A stretch of 64,000 nucleotides of DNA from Ktedonobacterales bacterium (lineage in GTDB: Bacteria > Chloroflexota > Ktedonobacteria > Ktedonobacterales > JADMIN01): positions 1,857,052 through 1,921,051 of the forward strand of contig CP126532.1 of assembly GCA_030167145.1 (NCBI GenBank), in the 5' to 3' direction. Of this stretch, positions 1 through 9,656 are shown in pieces (the first letter of the stretch is position 1; each line of letters begins with the position of its first letter). The notes beneath the pieces are model-generated. The model was not told the DNA's origin. It searched no databases and worked only from the letters and a program-made list of their open reading frames with translations. The position numbers and the translations under genes were made by a program.

Positions 1-373
1 CGGACGGAAGCGTGGAGGGCGGGATGGGTGGTGGGGCGAGGACGTAGCATGAATGCCACGGGTAATCGCGGTTGGGGATGAGCCGCTGAGACAGCGGCGC
101 TACAGGCGGGCGGAAGCGCGGGGGGCAGGATGGGTGGTAAAGCGAGAACTCGGCATGAATGCCGCATCTCATCCCGTGCGAGGGAGAGATCTGTGGGGCG
201 GCTGCGAAGATGTGGGCATGAGATTAGCGCCGGCCTTCAGGCTGGCGGCCTGCCTCACCACAATCGTGCCCATTGGCGGGAATCGTGCGGATGGGATTGG
301 CCCCGGCATTCATGCCCATGCGTCCGTGCTCTGGCCATTGATGGCCGAGACACCGCCCTGATTCGGGCAAGAA

Positions 374-1678
374 TTACCCGCCGAGGGAGTTCGGGTCGAG
401 GGCCAGTGCGCGGTCATAGGCGGCCAGTGCCTCACTATAGCGATTGAGGTCGGTGAGCGTGGCGCCCTTGTTGGCCCAGGCGAGGGCGTAATTGGGATCG
501 AGGGCCAGTGCGCGGTCATAGGCCGCCAGCGCTTCGTCATAGCGGTTCAGGTCGTTGAGTGCGTTGCCCTTGTTGGTCCAGGGGTGGACGGAGTTCGGGT
601 CGAGGGCCAGCGCACGGTCAAGAGCGGCCAGCGCTTCGTCATAGCGGTTCAGATTGCGGAGCGTGGCACCCTTGTTGTTCCAGGTCACGGCGTCGTTGGG
701 CATGATGGCCAGTGCGCGGTCATAGGCCGCCAGCGCTTCGTCATAGCGGTTCAGATTGCGGAGCGCGTTGCCCTTGTTGGCCCAGGCGAGGGCGTAATTG
801 GGATCGAGGGCCAGTGCGCGGTCATAGGCCGCCAGCGCTTCGTCATAGCGGTTCAGGTCGTTGAGTGCGTTGCCCTTGTTGGTCCAGGCGTCGACGGAGT
901 TCGGGTCGAGGGCCAGCGCACGGTCAAGAGCGGCCAGCGCCTCGTCGTTGTGGTTGAGGCCGTTGAGCGCGGCGCCCTTGTTGATCCAGGGTCCTGCGTC
1001 GTTGGGTTTGATGGTGAGCGCATGGTCGCTGGCGGTAAGTGACTCTGTCCAGTGGCTCGCCTCACCGTTCGCGTAGCCCAGGTTGAACCAGGCGTCGAAG
1101 TTGGTGGGGGCGAGGCGGGTGGCGCGCTCGAAGAGCGGGATCGCCTCCTCGTAGCGTTTCTGGGCACTGAGCGCCTTGCCGCGTTCGATCAGGTCGCCGG
1201 CGCTCTCGCTGGGCAGTGGCGCGGTGGGAGCGGGGGCCGCGCCGCGCGGGGTAAGCTGGAGCAGTTGCAGGGTGCGGGCGATGGCCTCATCTTTGGGGAA
1301 GGGCTGGTGGTTGGGGCCATCTATGCGGCGGAAATCATCCAGGAAGATCAGGTCGTCGAAGTCGGCGGGGTCAAGCTTGGCGGCGACGACGGGCAGGATG
1401 ATGCGGCTGGGGTCGCGGGTGTAGAACTTATACGCCCAGGTGCATTCGCGCGGCACCCACTCAGAGGCAAAAGCGGCTTTAGAGAGCACGACGAGGAAGA
1501 CGGGACGCTGGCGGATCTCACTGGTGATCTTGGTGAGCAGTTCACCGGTGCCCAGGCTGTGCTCGTCGTACCAGACATCGGCACCCGCCCCGCGCAGCGC
1601 AGACGTCAGGGCGTCGGCAAAGGCTTTGTCGGCGGAGCTATGGCTGAGGAAGATGCGCATCTGGTTCGTCTGGGTCAT
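374..1678 (-). CDS. TIR domain protein with C-terminal TPR repeat array
   Basis: ORF 374..1795. The likely start is the ATG at 1678 (MTQTNQMRIFLSHSSADK). The N-terminus is TIR-like (FLSHSSxD, DVWYDEHSL, SEWVPRE). The C-terminus holds about nine 34-aa TPR units (NRYDEALAAYDRALALDPN), several near-identical at DNA level. Confidence 0.8.
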   Translation of the reverse strand: MTQTNQMRIFLSHSSADKAFADALTSALRGAGADVWYDEHSLGTGELLTKITSEIRQRPVFLVVLSKAAFASEWVPRECTWAYKFYTRDPSRIILPVVAAKLDPADFDDLIFLDDFRRIDGPNHQPFPKDEAIARTLQLLQLTPRGAAPAPTAPLPSESAGDLIERGKALSAQKRYEEAIPLFERATRLAPTNFDAWFNLGYANGEASHWTESLTASDHALTIKPNDAGPWINKGAALNGLNHNDEALAALDRALALDPNSVDAWTNKGNALNDLNRYDEALAAYDRALALDPNYALAWANKGNALRNLNRYDEALAAYDRALAIMPNDAVTWNNKGATLRNLNRYDEALAALDRALALDPNSVHPWTNKGNALNDLNRYDEALAAYDRALALDPNYALAWANKGATLTDLNRYSEALAAYDRALALDPNSLGG

Positions 1679-1837
1679 GGCGGCGGCCTCCTCGCGGTGT
1701 GGACGCGCTCGTATGCAGGCGCGGTGGAATGGGAGTTGCGCGTGTATCGTGCGGGCATTATAGCATATGGGGCGGCGATGCGCGCTCTCGGCCATGATGC
1801 ACTTTTGCCAATTGATAGGGACACGCGCTCGATCTCT

Positions 1838-1958
1838 AACCCGCGCAGGCGGGGCCAGCCTGCGGCGCAGCTAGCGACGTGTAGGAGCGGAGCAGGCTGT
1901 GAGCGAAGCGGAGTGGCCGCAGGCCATACAGGCGCGGTTTCAACCGCCCGCTCCGCTC
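1838..1958. repeat. Mosaic intergenic repeat, long form (inverted copy)
   Basis: Its reverse complement aligns almost base-for-base with 14207-14351 and 18183-18301. Shared modules are GGCGGTTGAAACCGCGC, CGCTCACAGCCTGCTCCGCTCCTACACGTCGCTAGCTGCGCCGCAGGCTGGCCCCGCCTGCGCGGG. Confidence 0.85.
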
Positions 1959-2060
1959 CCTGGGCAGCCTGTGGCCGCGCACCGTATACTCTCTTGCATG
2001 ACACGTTGCCAGTGTACGAGGCGCCGGAGATGGGCTTTCCGGCGTGCGCGCGGCTGGTGG

Positions 2061-3164
2061 ATGGGAGCAATTGTCGTGGCGAACCACCCGCGCATCCTGG
2101 CGATAGCCAACGCCGACGCGCCCTACACCTTCGATCAGACGACCGTTCGCGCCTTCGCACAGGACCACATCCTCGGTCCCGATTGGCGCGAGCAGCCCGC
2201 GCAGGCAGAGCAGGCGCGCCTGATCGCACGGCTCTTCGCGGCCAGCCGCGTGGAGACGCGCCAGAGCGCGATTGACATCGCGCAGTATTACAGGCAGTCC
2301 CGCACGACCGGCGAACGCATGCAGGACTACCAGACGGCGGCGTATAGCATGGGCCGCGATGCGCTGACGGCGTGCCTGCGCGACGCGGGCGATCTGCACG
2401 GGGCGGGCGACATCAGCGACTTCGTGGTGGTCTCTTGCACGGGCTATAGCGCGCCGGGGCTGGACATCCAGCTTGCGCGGGATGAGGGGATGCGGCGCGA
2501 CGTGCGGCGGGTGATCGTCGGGCATATGGGCTGCTTCGGCGCGGTGGTGGGGCTGCGGCAGTGTCTCGCGGCGGTGCGGGCCTATCCAGGGGCGACGGCT
2601 GCGCTGCTGAGCGTGGAGCTGACCAGCCTGCACTTCTCGCCGACGCTGGACCCCGAAGTGTTGACGGCGCTGGCGCTCTTCGGCGACGCGGCGGCCTGCG
2701 CGCTCATCGGCGACGACCCAGCGGCGACCGGACCCGAACTGGTGGATGTGTACTGCGCCGCCGACTTCGCCAGCGCCGACCAGATCTCCTGGGTGATCGC
2801 CGACGAGGGCTTCATCATGGGCCTCTCGCCGCGTGTGCCCGTCACGCTGCGACGCAATGTGGCGGGGGTGGTGGAGGGGTTGTTGCAGCCGCATGGGCTG
2901 GCGGCGCGGGATGTGGCGCACTGGGTCGTGCATCCGGGCGGGCCGAGCATCCTCGATGCGGTGGCGCGGCGTCTGGAACTGAGCGACGAACAGATGGCGC
3001 TCTCGTGGGAGGTGTTGCGCGACCGGGGCAACTGCTCATCGGCGACGGTGCTGCTGATTCTGGAGCGGCTCATCCGCTCTGGGCGGGCGCGGCGCGGCGA
3101 GTGGTGTGTGCTGATGGCGTTCGGGCCGGGGCTGACGCTGGAAACGTGTCTGCTGCGCTTCTGA
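2061..3164 (+). CDS. Type III polyketide synthase (chalcone/stilbene synthase family)
   Basis: ORF 1899..3164; the internal ATG at 2061 (MGAIVVANHPRILAIA) is the likely start. It has the active-site Cys context VVSCTGYSAPG, plus HPGGPSILD and GNCSSATVLLILE and AFGPGLT near the C-terminus. Confidence 0.85.
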   Translation: MGAIVVANHPRILAIANADAPYTFDQTTVRAFAQDHILGPDWREQPAQAEQARLIARLFAASRVETRQSAIDIAQYYRQSRTTGERMQDYQTAAYSMGRDALTACLRDAGDLHGAGDISDFVVVSCTGYSAPGLDIQLARDEGMRRDVRRVIVGHMGCFGAVVGLRQCLAAVRAYPGATAALLSVELTSLHFSPTLDPEVLTALALFGDAAACALIGDDPAATGPELVDVYCAADFASADQISWVIADEGFIMGLSPRVPVTLRRNVAGVVEGLLQPHGLAARDVAHWVVHPGGPSILDAVARRLELSDEQMALSWEVLRDRGNCSSATVLLILERLIRSGRARRGEWCVLMAFGPGLTLETCLLRF

Positions 3165-3206
3165 AGCTCAACCCTGGTACGATGGTCCCTGGCAGCGCGG
3201 CATGCG

Positions 3207-3235
3207 TTGACAGGCTGACGCCGCACGGCTACAGT
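3207..3235 (+). promoter_or_regulatory. Candidate sigma70-type promoter for the M23 peptidase gene
   Basis: TTGACA (3207-3212), a 17 nt spacer, then TACAGT (3230-3235), about 85 nt upstream of the GTG start at 3317. Confidence 0.45.
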
Positions 3236-3316
3236 AGAAGGGAATAACCCGTACACGCACGAGCGGTTTGGCTCGGCGGAGACAATCGAGACGATTTTGC
3301 TGATAGTGGGAGGGTA

Positions 3317-4483
3317 GTGCGGATGGATCGGGGCCGATTCCCTCGCGACGGATACGAGCATGACGACGACTCGTATAATACCTACGACCACGACGCCTAT
3401 GCGTCGTCGCAACACAACGGCTATACCGGCGAAGATGGCGCCTATTCGTATGAGAGCGCGGCCTACACGGGCTACGACAACGCCTATGACACCAGCTACA
3501 GCGCCGAGGGGCGCGCGCTGCTGCCCATAGACGAAGACGCGAACCTGCCCGCGCTGGCAAGTAGCCAGATGCCGGTGACGCCGGTGATCATCCCTGGTAG
3601 CGGCGTCTCGATGGGCACGCCGTTCATCAAGCGGCGCGAGCGCCCGCTGACGCTGCGGCTGACGGTGCTGGCGCTGACGGCGTGCGTTCTGGTCTCCGGC
3701 CTCTTCGCGGTGACGCCGCTGGGCAGCAGTGCCGATTCGGGCATCAGCTCGTTCCAGGCGCTTTCGGGCGCGGTGGTCTGGAAAAAAACAGTCAGTTACC
3801 ACTGGTACATCGCGCAGTCCGGCGACACCCTCGAATCCATCTCCACGGCGCAACACGTGCAGATTGGCGGCATCTACGAGCTGAACGGCCTGTTCCTCGG
3901 CCAGGAAGTGCAGACGGGCATCGCGTACAAGATTCCCGACGACCCCTTCTATGGCAAGGGCTTCAAGCCGCGCACGCTGATTACGCCTGGGTCAGGGGCG
4001 ACGACCTTCGGTGATAGTCCGTGGACCTCGATTGCGGGCACGCCGACCCCCGAACAACCCTGCTCACCGAACGGCAACGGCAACCCCACGGCCTACAAGC
4101 TGGTCTCGCCGAATCCCGGTTCACACTGGGTGCGCGGCTTCACCTACTATCACAATGGCATAGACATCGCAGCGCCACAGGGAAATAAGGAGCGTGCGGC
4201 GCAGGCCGGGCAGGTGATCTGGGCGGGCTGGGATTTCTACGGCCTGGGCTATTCGGTGAAGATCAACAACTGCAACCACATCTCGACGATCTACGGGCAT
4301 ATGATTCAGATCATCGCCAAGGTGGGGCAGTTTGTGCAGCCGGGCGACATCATCGGCCTGGAAGGCTCGACCGGCTTCTCGACTGGCCCGCACCTGCACT
4401 TCATGGTGCTGTGGGATAACGTGCCGGTTGACCCGATGCCGTACTTCGGCTACAGCATCTGCAAAGCGACGGGCACCTGCTAG
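3317..4483 (+). CDS. LysM domain-containing M23 family metallopeptidase
   Basis: GTG start preceded by GGGAGGG. It has a TM segment (LTLRLTVLALTACVLVSGLF) and a LysM-like YIAQSGDTLESISTAQHVQIGGIYELNGL. The M23 motifs are HNGIDIAAP, IYGHM and GSTGFSTGPHLHF. Confidence 0.9.
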   Translation: MRMDRGRFPRDGYEHDDDSYNTYDHDAYASSQHNGYTGEDGAYSYESAAYTGYDNAYDTSYSAEGRALLPIDEDANLPALASSQMPVTPVIIPGSGVSMGTPFIKRRERPLTLRLTVLALTACVLVSGLFAVTPLGSSADSGISSFQALSGAVVWKKTVSYHWYIAQSGDTLESISTAQHVQIGGIYELNGLFLGQEVQTGIAYKIPDDPFYGKGFKPRTLITPGSGATTFGDSPWTSIAGTPTPEQPCSPNGNGNPTAYKLVSPNPGSHWVRGFTYYHNGIDIAAPQGNKERAAQAGQVIWAGWDFYGLGYSVKINNCNHISTIYGHMIQIIAKVGQFVQPGDIIGLEGSTGFSTGPHLHFMVLWDNVPVDPMPYFGYSICKATGTC

Positions 4484-4505
4484 CGGGTGAGCGGGTGAGC
4501 GGGTG

Positions 4506-4569
4506 AGCGGGCGGTTGAAACCGCGCCTACATGGCCTTCGGCCACAAAACCCGCCGTCGCGGGTTGGGC
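4506..4569. repeat. Mosaic intergenic repeat, short form
   Basis: AGCGGGCGGTTGAAACCGCGCC...CCGCCGTCGCGGGTTGGG shares its end modules with the long copies. It is preceded by GCGGGTGA x3 (4482-4505). Confidence 0.7.
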
Positions 4570-4656
4570 ATCGAGAAGGGTACATGAAGCGGCCAGTCTC
4601 CAGATGGGGGGCTGGCCGTTCTCGTTGTCTCCTTGCGCTGAGGGCGGGAATGTGTT

Positions 4657-4670
4657 ATCAATTAAGTGAT
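4657..4670. promoter_or_regulatory. Candidate ArsR/SmtB operator (imperfect palindrome)
   Basis: ATCAATTAAGTGAT is self-complementary at 12 of 14 positions. It is an AT-rich patch about 35 nt upstream of the arsR-family start at 4702. Confidence 0.4.
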
Positions 4671-4701
4671 GACTAAATCGTTTTTCCAATGAGGTAGCTA
4701 G

Positions 4702-5154
4702 GTGAAGACTCATGGAACAGCCAGCGCGCGCAGCCAGATGAGCGCGCAAGCGTGTACGCTGCCAGGGGCGGACCCAGAGCGGGTGGCACGTGGGCGCGCG
4801 GGGCTGTTGGACGAAGATAGCGCCTTCGCGCTGGCCGAGACGTTTCGGGCGCTGGCCGACTCGACGCGGGCGAAGATTCTGTACGCGCTGCTGCGCCAGG
4901 AACTCTGCACCTGCGATCTGGCGGCGATCATCGGCGCGTCGGAGTCGTCGGTCTCGCAGCACCTGCGGATGCTGCGGCAGTTGCGGCTGGTGAAGAGCCG
5001 CCGCGAGGGCAAGCGCGTCTTCTACGGGCTGGACGACCTGCACATTCGCGTGCTGCTGAGCGTGTGCCTGAGCCATGTGCGCGATACGGAGCGGGCGCAT
5101 GAAGGGCTGGAAAAGGTGCTGACCTTCTTCGATGTGGATGGAGAACCCGCCTGA
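4702..5154 (+). CDS. ArsR/SmtB family metal-responsive transcriptional repressor
   Basis: Winged-HTH signature LADSTRAKILYALLRQELCTCDLAAIIGASESSVSQHLRMLRQLRLVKSRREGKRVFY. It is the first gene of a metal efflux operon. Confidence 0.9.
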   Translation: MKTHGTASARSQMSAQACTLPGADPERVARGRAGLLDEDSAFALAETFRALADSTRAKILYALLRQELCTCDLAAIIGASESSVSQHLRMLRQLRLVKSRREGKRVFYGLDDLHIRVLLSVCLSHVRDTERAHEGLEKVLTFFDVDGEPA

Positions 5155-5165
5155 TGCGCGGGTAG

Positions 5166-6227
5166 GTGAGTCGCGTGGAGGCGCGTATGGCGAGCGAGCA
5201 TGGACATATCCATAGCATGGCGGGCCGGAAGCTGGGCATTGCCTTCGGCCTGACGGCGCTGATTCTGGCCGTGGAGTTGGTGGGCGGGCTGCTCTCGCAT
5301 TCGCTGGCGCTGCTCTCCGACGCGGGGCACGTGCTCACCGACATTGTGGCGCTGGGGCTGGCGTGGTTTGCCGCCGTGCAGGCCGAGCGGCCCGCCAACG
5401 CGCGCAAGACCTTTGGCTACCACCGCACGGGCATTCTCGCCGCGCTGGCCAACGCCGTCACGCTGATCGTCATCGTGCTGGTGATCGCCATCGAGGCAGT
5501 GCGGCGCTTGCAGCATCCAGAGCCAGTGACGCCATGGCTGATGTTCGTAGCGGCATCGGTGGGCATCCTCGTGAATCTCGCCATCGGCTTCGGTCTGCGC
5601 AGCGAGGGCAGCGACAACCTGAATGTGCGCGCGGCGCTGCTGCATGTCTTCGGCGATGTGGGGGCGTCGGCGGCGGTGATCATCGGCGGCATCGTGATTC
5701 TGCTGACGGGGTGGTATCCCGCCGACCCGATCATCTCGCTGGTGATCGCAGCGTTGATCGCCTGGGGCGCGTGGCGGGTGCTGCGCGAGACGCTGGACAT
5801 CCTGATGGAAGCCGCGCCGCGCGATGTGAATGTCACGGAGTTGGTGCGCGATATGGTGAATCTGCCAGGGATTCTGGGCGTGCATGATCTGCACGTGTGG
5901 TCCATCGCTGGCGGCATGCGGGCGCTTTCGGCGCATGTGCAGGTGAAGGAGCGACCGCTGAGCGCGTGTGATGGGCCACGCGACGAGATCAACGCGCTGC
6001 TGCGCGACCACTATCAGATCACGCACACGACGATCCAGTTTGAGTGCGTGGGCTGCATGCCCAATGACCTGTATTGCTCGCTGAACGCGGCGGGTGAGCA
6101 TAGCCATCATCACAGCCACACCCACGCGCATGCGCATGCGCACGGCGATACGCCGCACTCGCATGAGGCGACCGGCGATGGAGTGGATCCGCGGCGCGAT
6201 GATGCGCTACGGGAGAGCGCGCGATGA
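5166..6227 (+). CDS. Cation diffusion facilitator (CzcD/ZitB-like) metal efflux transporter
   Basis: HSLALLSDAGHVLTDIVAL, KTFGYHRTGILAAL and LHVFGDVGAS, with a cytoplasmic domain HDLHVWSI. The C-terminal tail is His-rich (HSHHHSHTHAHAHAHG). Confidence 0.9.
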   Translation: MSRVEARMASEHGHIHSMAGRKLGIAFGLTALILAVELVGGLLSHSLALLSDAGHVLTDIVALGLAWFAAVQAERPANARKTFGYHRTGILAALANAVTLIVIVLVIAIEAVRRLQHPEPVTPWLMFVAASVGILVNLAIGFGLRSEGSDNLNVRAALLHVFGDVGASAAVIIGGIVILLTGWYPADPIISLVIAALIAWGAWRVLRETLDILMEAAPRDVNVTELVRDMVNLPGILGVHDLHVWSIAGGMRALSAHVQVKERPLSACDGPRDEINALLRDHYQITHTTIQFECVGCMPNDLYCSLNAAGEHSHHHSHTHAHAHAHGDTPHSHEATGDGVDPRRDDALRESAR

Positions 6228-6931
6228 GCGTTCCACTGCACAGCCCGGCGGCGGCCACGGGCGCAGCGAGCGAGCGCGCCGAGGCGTTGCGCGCGGGGGT
6301 GCGGGTGGAGGCGCTGACGATGGGATGGATGACCATTGAGGCGGGTGTGGCGATTGGCGCGGGGCTGCTGGCGGGGAGCGTGCTGCTGGTGGCGTTCGGC
6401 GTAGATAGCGTGATCGAACTGCTGACCGGCGGCGTGCTGCTGTGGCGGCTGGCGACGGAGGCGCGCGGCGGCACACTGGCGCGGGTGGAGCGGGCGGAGC
6501 GGCGGGCGGCATGGGTGACTGGAATCGGGCTGGCGCTGCTCTGTGTCTATGTCGTGGCCAGCGCCGCCGTGGGGCTGCTGACGCAGACGCGGGCGGAGCG
6601 CTCGCTGATGGGGATCGCGCTGGCGGTGGCGGCGCTGCTGCTGATGCCCGCGCTGGCCTGGCGCAAGCGTGTGCTGGCGGCCCGCCTGGGCAGCGCGGCG
6701 CTGCGCGGGGACGCGGCGTGCTCGATCACCTGCGCCTATATGGCGGCGACGCTGCTGGTGGGGCTGCTGGCCAATGCGGCCTTCGGCTGGTGGTGGGCGG
6801 ATAGCGCCGCCGCGCTGGCGCTGCTGATCTGGCTCGTGCCGGAGGCGCGCGAGACGCTGGCGGCGGCACGCGAGGGGCGCGGCGGCTGTGGCTGCGGGGA
6901 TGACGATGTGTGCGAGTCGAATCGCGACTAG
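6224..6931 (+). CDS. CDF-like membrane protein with no obvious cytoplasmic domain and a Cys-rich tail
   Basis: ATGA start/stop overlap with the upstream CDF gene. It has multiple TM helices and GVDSVIELLTGGVLLWRL. The C-terminus is GGCGCGDDDVC. Confidence 0.65.
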   Translation: MSVPLHSPAAATGAASERAEALRAGVRVEALTMGWMTIEAGVAIGAGLLAGSVLLVAFGVDSVIELLTGGVLLWRLATEARGGTLARVERAERRAAWVTGIGLALLCVYVVASAAVGLLTQTRAERSLMGIALAVAALLLMPALAWRKRVLAARLGSAALRGDAACSITCAYMAATLLVGLLANAAFGWWWADSAAALALLIWLVPEARETLAAAREGRGGCGCGDDDVCESNRD

Positions 6932-7836
6932 CGCATACGCTGCCCATAGGCGACGTAGACCGGAGAGAGGCAGCGAACCTGAGACGACGCCGTATCCGCA
7001 CGGGCGGTGGCAAGGGTCGTGTCGAATTGCTCCTGTGTGGCGATGCCCTGGGCCACGATCAAGCTGCCGAGCGCCGGGAAACCGTTGAAGAAATCGGTCG
7101 CGAGCAGCATGCCCAGCCGGTCGCCATGTGCGCCGAATGGGAGAAGCATCTTGCGCGCGGTGATGTTGGCGAGGCCAGCGTCGCGCAACAGATCGCCTAC
7201 GGCGCCGCCATCGGAGAAGAGGACACCGCGCCGGGCGAGCATTTCCGTGACCCAGTGCATCAGCATGTCTACCGCTGGCCCGCCCTGCTCCAGCGTCGTC
7301 GCTTCGACGGACTCCACCCAGCCGCCAATGCGCGTCACCCGGACCATTTCGTTGACGACGAAGGGCCAGCGGTCGTGGGGCAGCGCGGTGACCAGCAAGC
7401 GCATATGTACGAAGTCGAAAGCGCCGTCGGCGAAGGGGAGTCCCTCTAAGATGTTGCCTGGCACGAACTCATAATTGCTGGGGCGCAGGTCCAGCCCCAC
7501 GCCGGTTCCCGCGCGCTCATCGGTCGGCGGGAGGTTGACATCCAGGCCGATGACTTTGGCGCGGGGAAAGTGGGTGGCCATTTCACGCGCCCAGACGCCG
7601 GTTCCAGTGCCGACATCCAGAATGCTGGCGGGATCGGTGACCGGCGCGGCGTAGATGCCCTGCAACGCATAGCGAAAGACGTAGTGCTGAAAGTCAAGTC
7701 GGTTTGTTTCCTCGATGTCAACCGGAAACGGATAGGGAACGCCGGGCGTCCGCCTGCGGCCATCCAGCGCCATGATCGGCACGGCATGCATTGCCACCTG
7801 CGCGGAACCGCGCCGCAACCAGCCAAACCATCTCAT
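6928..7836 (-). CDS. Class I SAM-dependent methyltransferase
   Basis: ORF 6928..8169; the likely start is the ATG at 7836 (MRWFGWLRR). Motif I is ILDVGTGTGVWAREMATHFPRAKVIGLDVN. Confidence 0.8.
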   Translation of the reverse strand: MRWFGWLRRGSAQVAMHAVPIMALDGRRRTPGVPYPFPVDIEETNRLDFQHYVFRYALQGIYAAPVTDPASILDVGTGTGVWAREMATHFPRAKVIGLDVNLPPTDERAGTGVGLDLRPSNYEFVPGNILEGLPFADGAFDFVHMRLLVTALPHDRWPFVVNEMVRVTRIGGWVESVEATTLEQGGPAVDMLMHWVTEMLARRGVLFSDGGAVGDLLRDAGLANITARKMLLPFGAHGDRLGMLLATDFFNGFPALGSLIVAQGIATQEQFDTTLATARADTASSQVRCLSPVYVAYGQRMR

Positions 7837-8586
7837 TGGGTTGTGTCCTTTCCGTTGTATGTTCGCACGGTCTGGTGTGTAGGGCTGGCAGCCAAACACG
7901 TGAAGCCGGAATCGCGCGATAGTTCCTATATGGGATAGAAGGGGATGCCGGGGAGGAAGTGATCTGGCTGATAGCGCTCTGGCAGGTAGAGCGTGAGCAG
8001 AGTCATTCCTACCTTGTTGGGAGGGTCTTCCACGAGATCGCCGCCGATTGCCTGGATGTCGCGCCGGGCGGCGCGCGCTCTTGCGATGTTCGTGGGGTTC
8101 GCGAGCATTGCCTGATAAACCACCATCCGCATAGATATGTGCTGCGCTTCCTTTGTTGGCGGCTATCATGCCTCAACCTTCGAAGCATATGGGCCGTCTT
8201 CCTGCCATTCCGTTCTCACCTGGTGTCAGCCATCCTGTATTCAGTCCACGGTCCACCTCCCTTCCTCCACGTGCCGTTCCTGTAGGCGCTCTCCCCGCGC
8301 AAAATTCCTGGCTCCGCCGCGCAACCACACCCTACGGTTGTCAGTGTACACCGGCTGTCAATAGCAAGTTGTCCCGATTTTGGTGTCTGGAATCCCAGCA
8401 CTACGCACAACGGCGCACAGTCACCATGACGCCGTGAATGGCATACTGGTTCATGAGATTCATGGCAGCGCTTATCTTCGAGACACAGGGAAGTTCATCG
8501 TTCATGCTCAAAACGAGAACCAGGACCGCACTCAATACGCCTTTGCACGGGCGAATGCTCTGGTGCTTTCGAGGAGACATCCATGT

Positions 8587-9606
8587 CTACTTGCCAAAGT
8601 ATTGATAGAGGACGTAGAGCAGGTAGAGCAGTAGCAGGACGAGGCCGATGCGCCAGTGCAGCCGCGTGCGCAAGAGCAGGACAAAGAGCAGCACGGTTGA
8701 GCCGATCATGACGAGAATGTCTATCCCTACCGCTTGCGTATTGGCGATGACCGGACTGGCCAGCGCGGAGAGGCCCAGCACGAGGGTGAGCACGAAGATG
8801 TTGCTGCCGATGGCATTGGCGACGACGATGCCGCTCTGGCGCTTCAGGCCGCCCGCGAGGCTGATGGCTTTGTCGGGGAGGGTGGTGCCGATGGCGACGA
8901 TGGTGAGGCCGACGATGGTTTCTGAGACGCCGAGGGCGTGCGCGAAGTAGACGGCAGGCTCGACGACGAGGTAGGCGCCCAGTGAGATCGCGACGACGCC
9001 GATGACGAGAAAGAGCAGATGGACGGGCAGTGAATGGCGCTCTGATGCTTCGTGCTCATCGTCGTCATCATCATCGTCGTCGTCTTCCGCTGGCAGCACG
9101 TCTTCCTGGCGCACGCGGCCAGCGCGGATGAGCAGGAGGATCGAAGCGGCATAGATGGCGAAGATGCCGATGAGCGCGCCGCCAATGGGGCGGGTGATGG
9201 GGCCAGCGACGAGGAGACCCGACACGAGCAGGGTGATCGCCAGCATGGCGAGGGCATAGAAACGCGCGGTGCGCTCCACGACGAGAGGCTTGCGGCCAAA
9301 CAGCCCCAGTGGAAACGAGCCTAACACATTGGCGATGGTCGAGCCGAGAATGTCGCCGATGGCAATGCCGCTATGCCCGCCGATCACGGCTGTGAGCACG
9401 ACGACCAGTTCTTCCCATTCGGCGCCAGCGGTGAGCAATCCGACGAGCGTCTGTGGGGCGTGCAGACGTTTGGCGATGTCGGCAATGGCATCGGTGAACC
9501 AGTCAGCGCCGCGCTCTAGCAGCAGCAATCCGGCGAGAAACGCGAGGATGTATGCTACGGCCCGCCAGGGTAGCGGTAGCGCGTCTACGAACGGCAGCAT
9601 GCTCAC
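8587..9606 (-). CDS. Ca2+/Na+ (CaCA family, YrbG-like) antiporter
   Basis: Two alpha-repeat motifs (GDILGSTIANVLG and GTTLPDKAISL...ANAIGSNIFVLT) are separated by an acidic loop (EDDDDDDDDDEHE). About 10 TM segments. Confidence 0.85.
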   Translation of the reverse strand: MSMLPFVDALPLPWRAVAYILAFLAGLLLLERGADWFTDAIADIAKRLHAPQTLVGLLTAGAEWEELVVVLTAVIGGHSGIAIGDILGSTIANVLGSFPLGLFGRKPLVVERTARFYALAMLAITLLVSGLLVAGPITRPIGGALIGIFAIYAASILLLIRAGRVRQEDVLPAEDDDDDDDDDEHEASERHSLPVHLLFLVIGVVAISLGAYLVVEPAVYFAHALGVSETIVGLTIVAIGTTLPDKAISLAGGLKRQSGIVVANAIGSNIFVLTLVLGLSALASPVIANTQAVGIDILVMIGSTVLLFVLLLRTRLHWRIGLVLLLLYLLYVLYQYFGK

Positions 9607-9656
9607 CCCCTCTGCGCTAAATCTATCACCATCATCCCGGCTTATTTCACCACATC

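Noticed and set aside
1-165. Two ~105-bp-spaced similar segments (1-57 versus 105-162) at the window edge.
   Set aside because: Only two imperfect copies are visible and they are cut by the window boundary, so they cannot be interpreted without upstream sequence.
3165-3316. Possible cyclic-di-AMP (ydaO-type) riboswitch upstream of the M23/LysM cell-wall hydrolase.
   Set aside because: The leader is only ~85 nt after a plausible promoter and lacks the conserved ydaO sequence blocks I can recall.
1836-6164. Long antisense or overlapping ORFs, including 1836..2933(-), 2582..3856(-), 5022..6164(-), 1052..2275(+). Similar ones lie opposite BREX genes: 47878..48897(+), 50352..51488(+), 53120..54130(+), 58905..59770(+).
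   Set aside because: They are Arg/Ala/Pro/Gly-rich translations opposite genes with clear family signatures. Long shadow ORFs of this kind are expected in GC-rich DNA.
7837-8586. A 750-bp gap without a convincing gene. It contains a 68-aa minus-strand ORF (7926..8132) with a protein-like sequence (MRMVVYQAMLANPTNIARARAARRDIQAIGGDLVEDPPNKVG...).
   Set aside because: There is no acceptable RBS spacing and no recognisable family. It may be a gene remnant, and the evidence is too weak to call.
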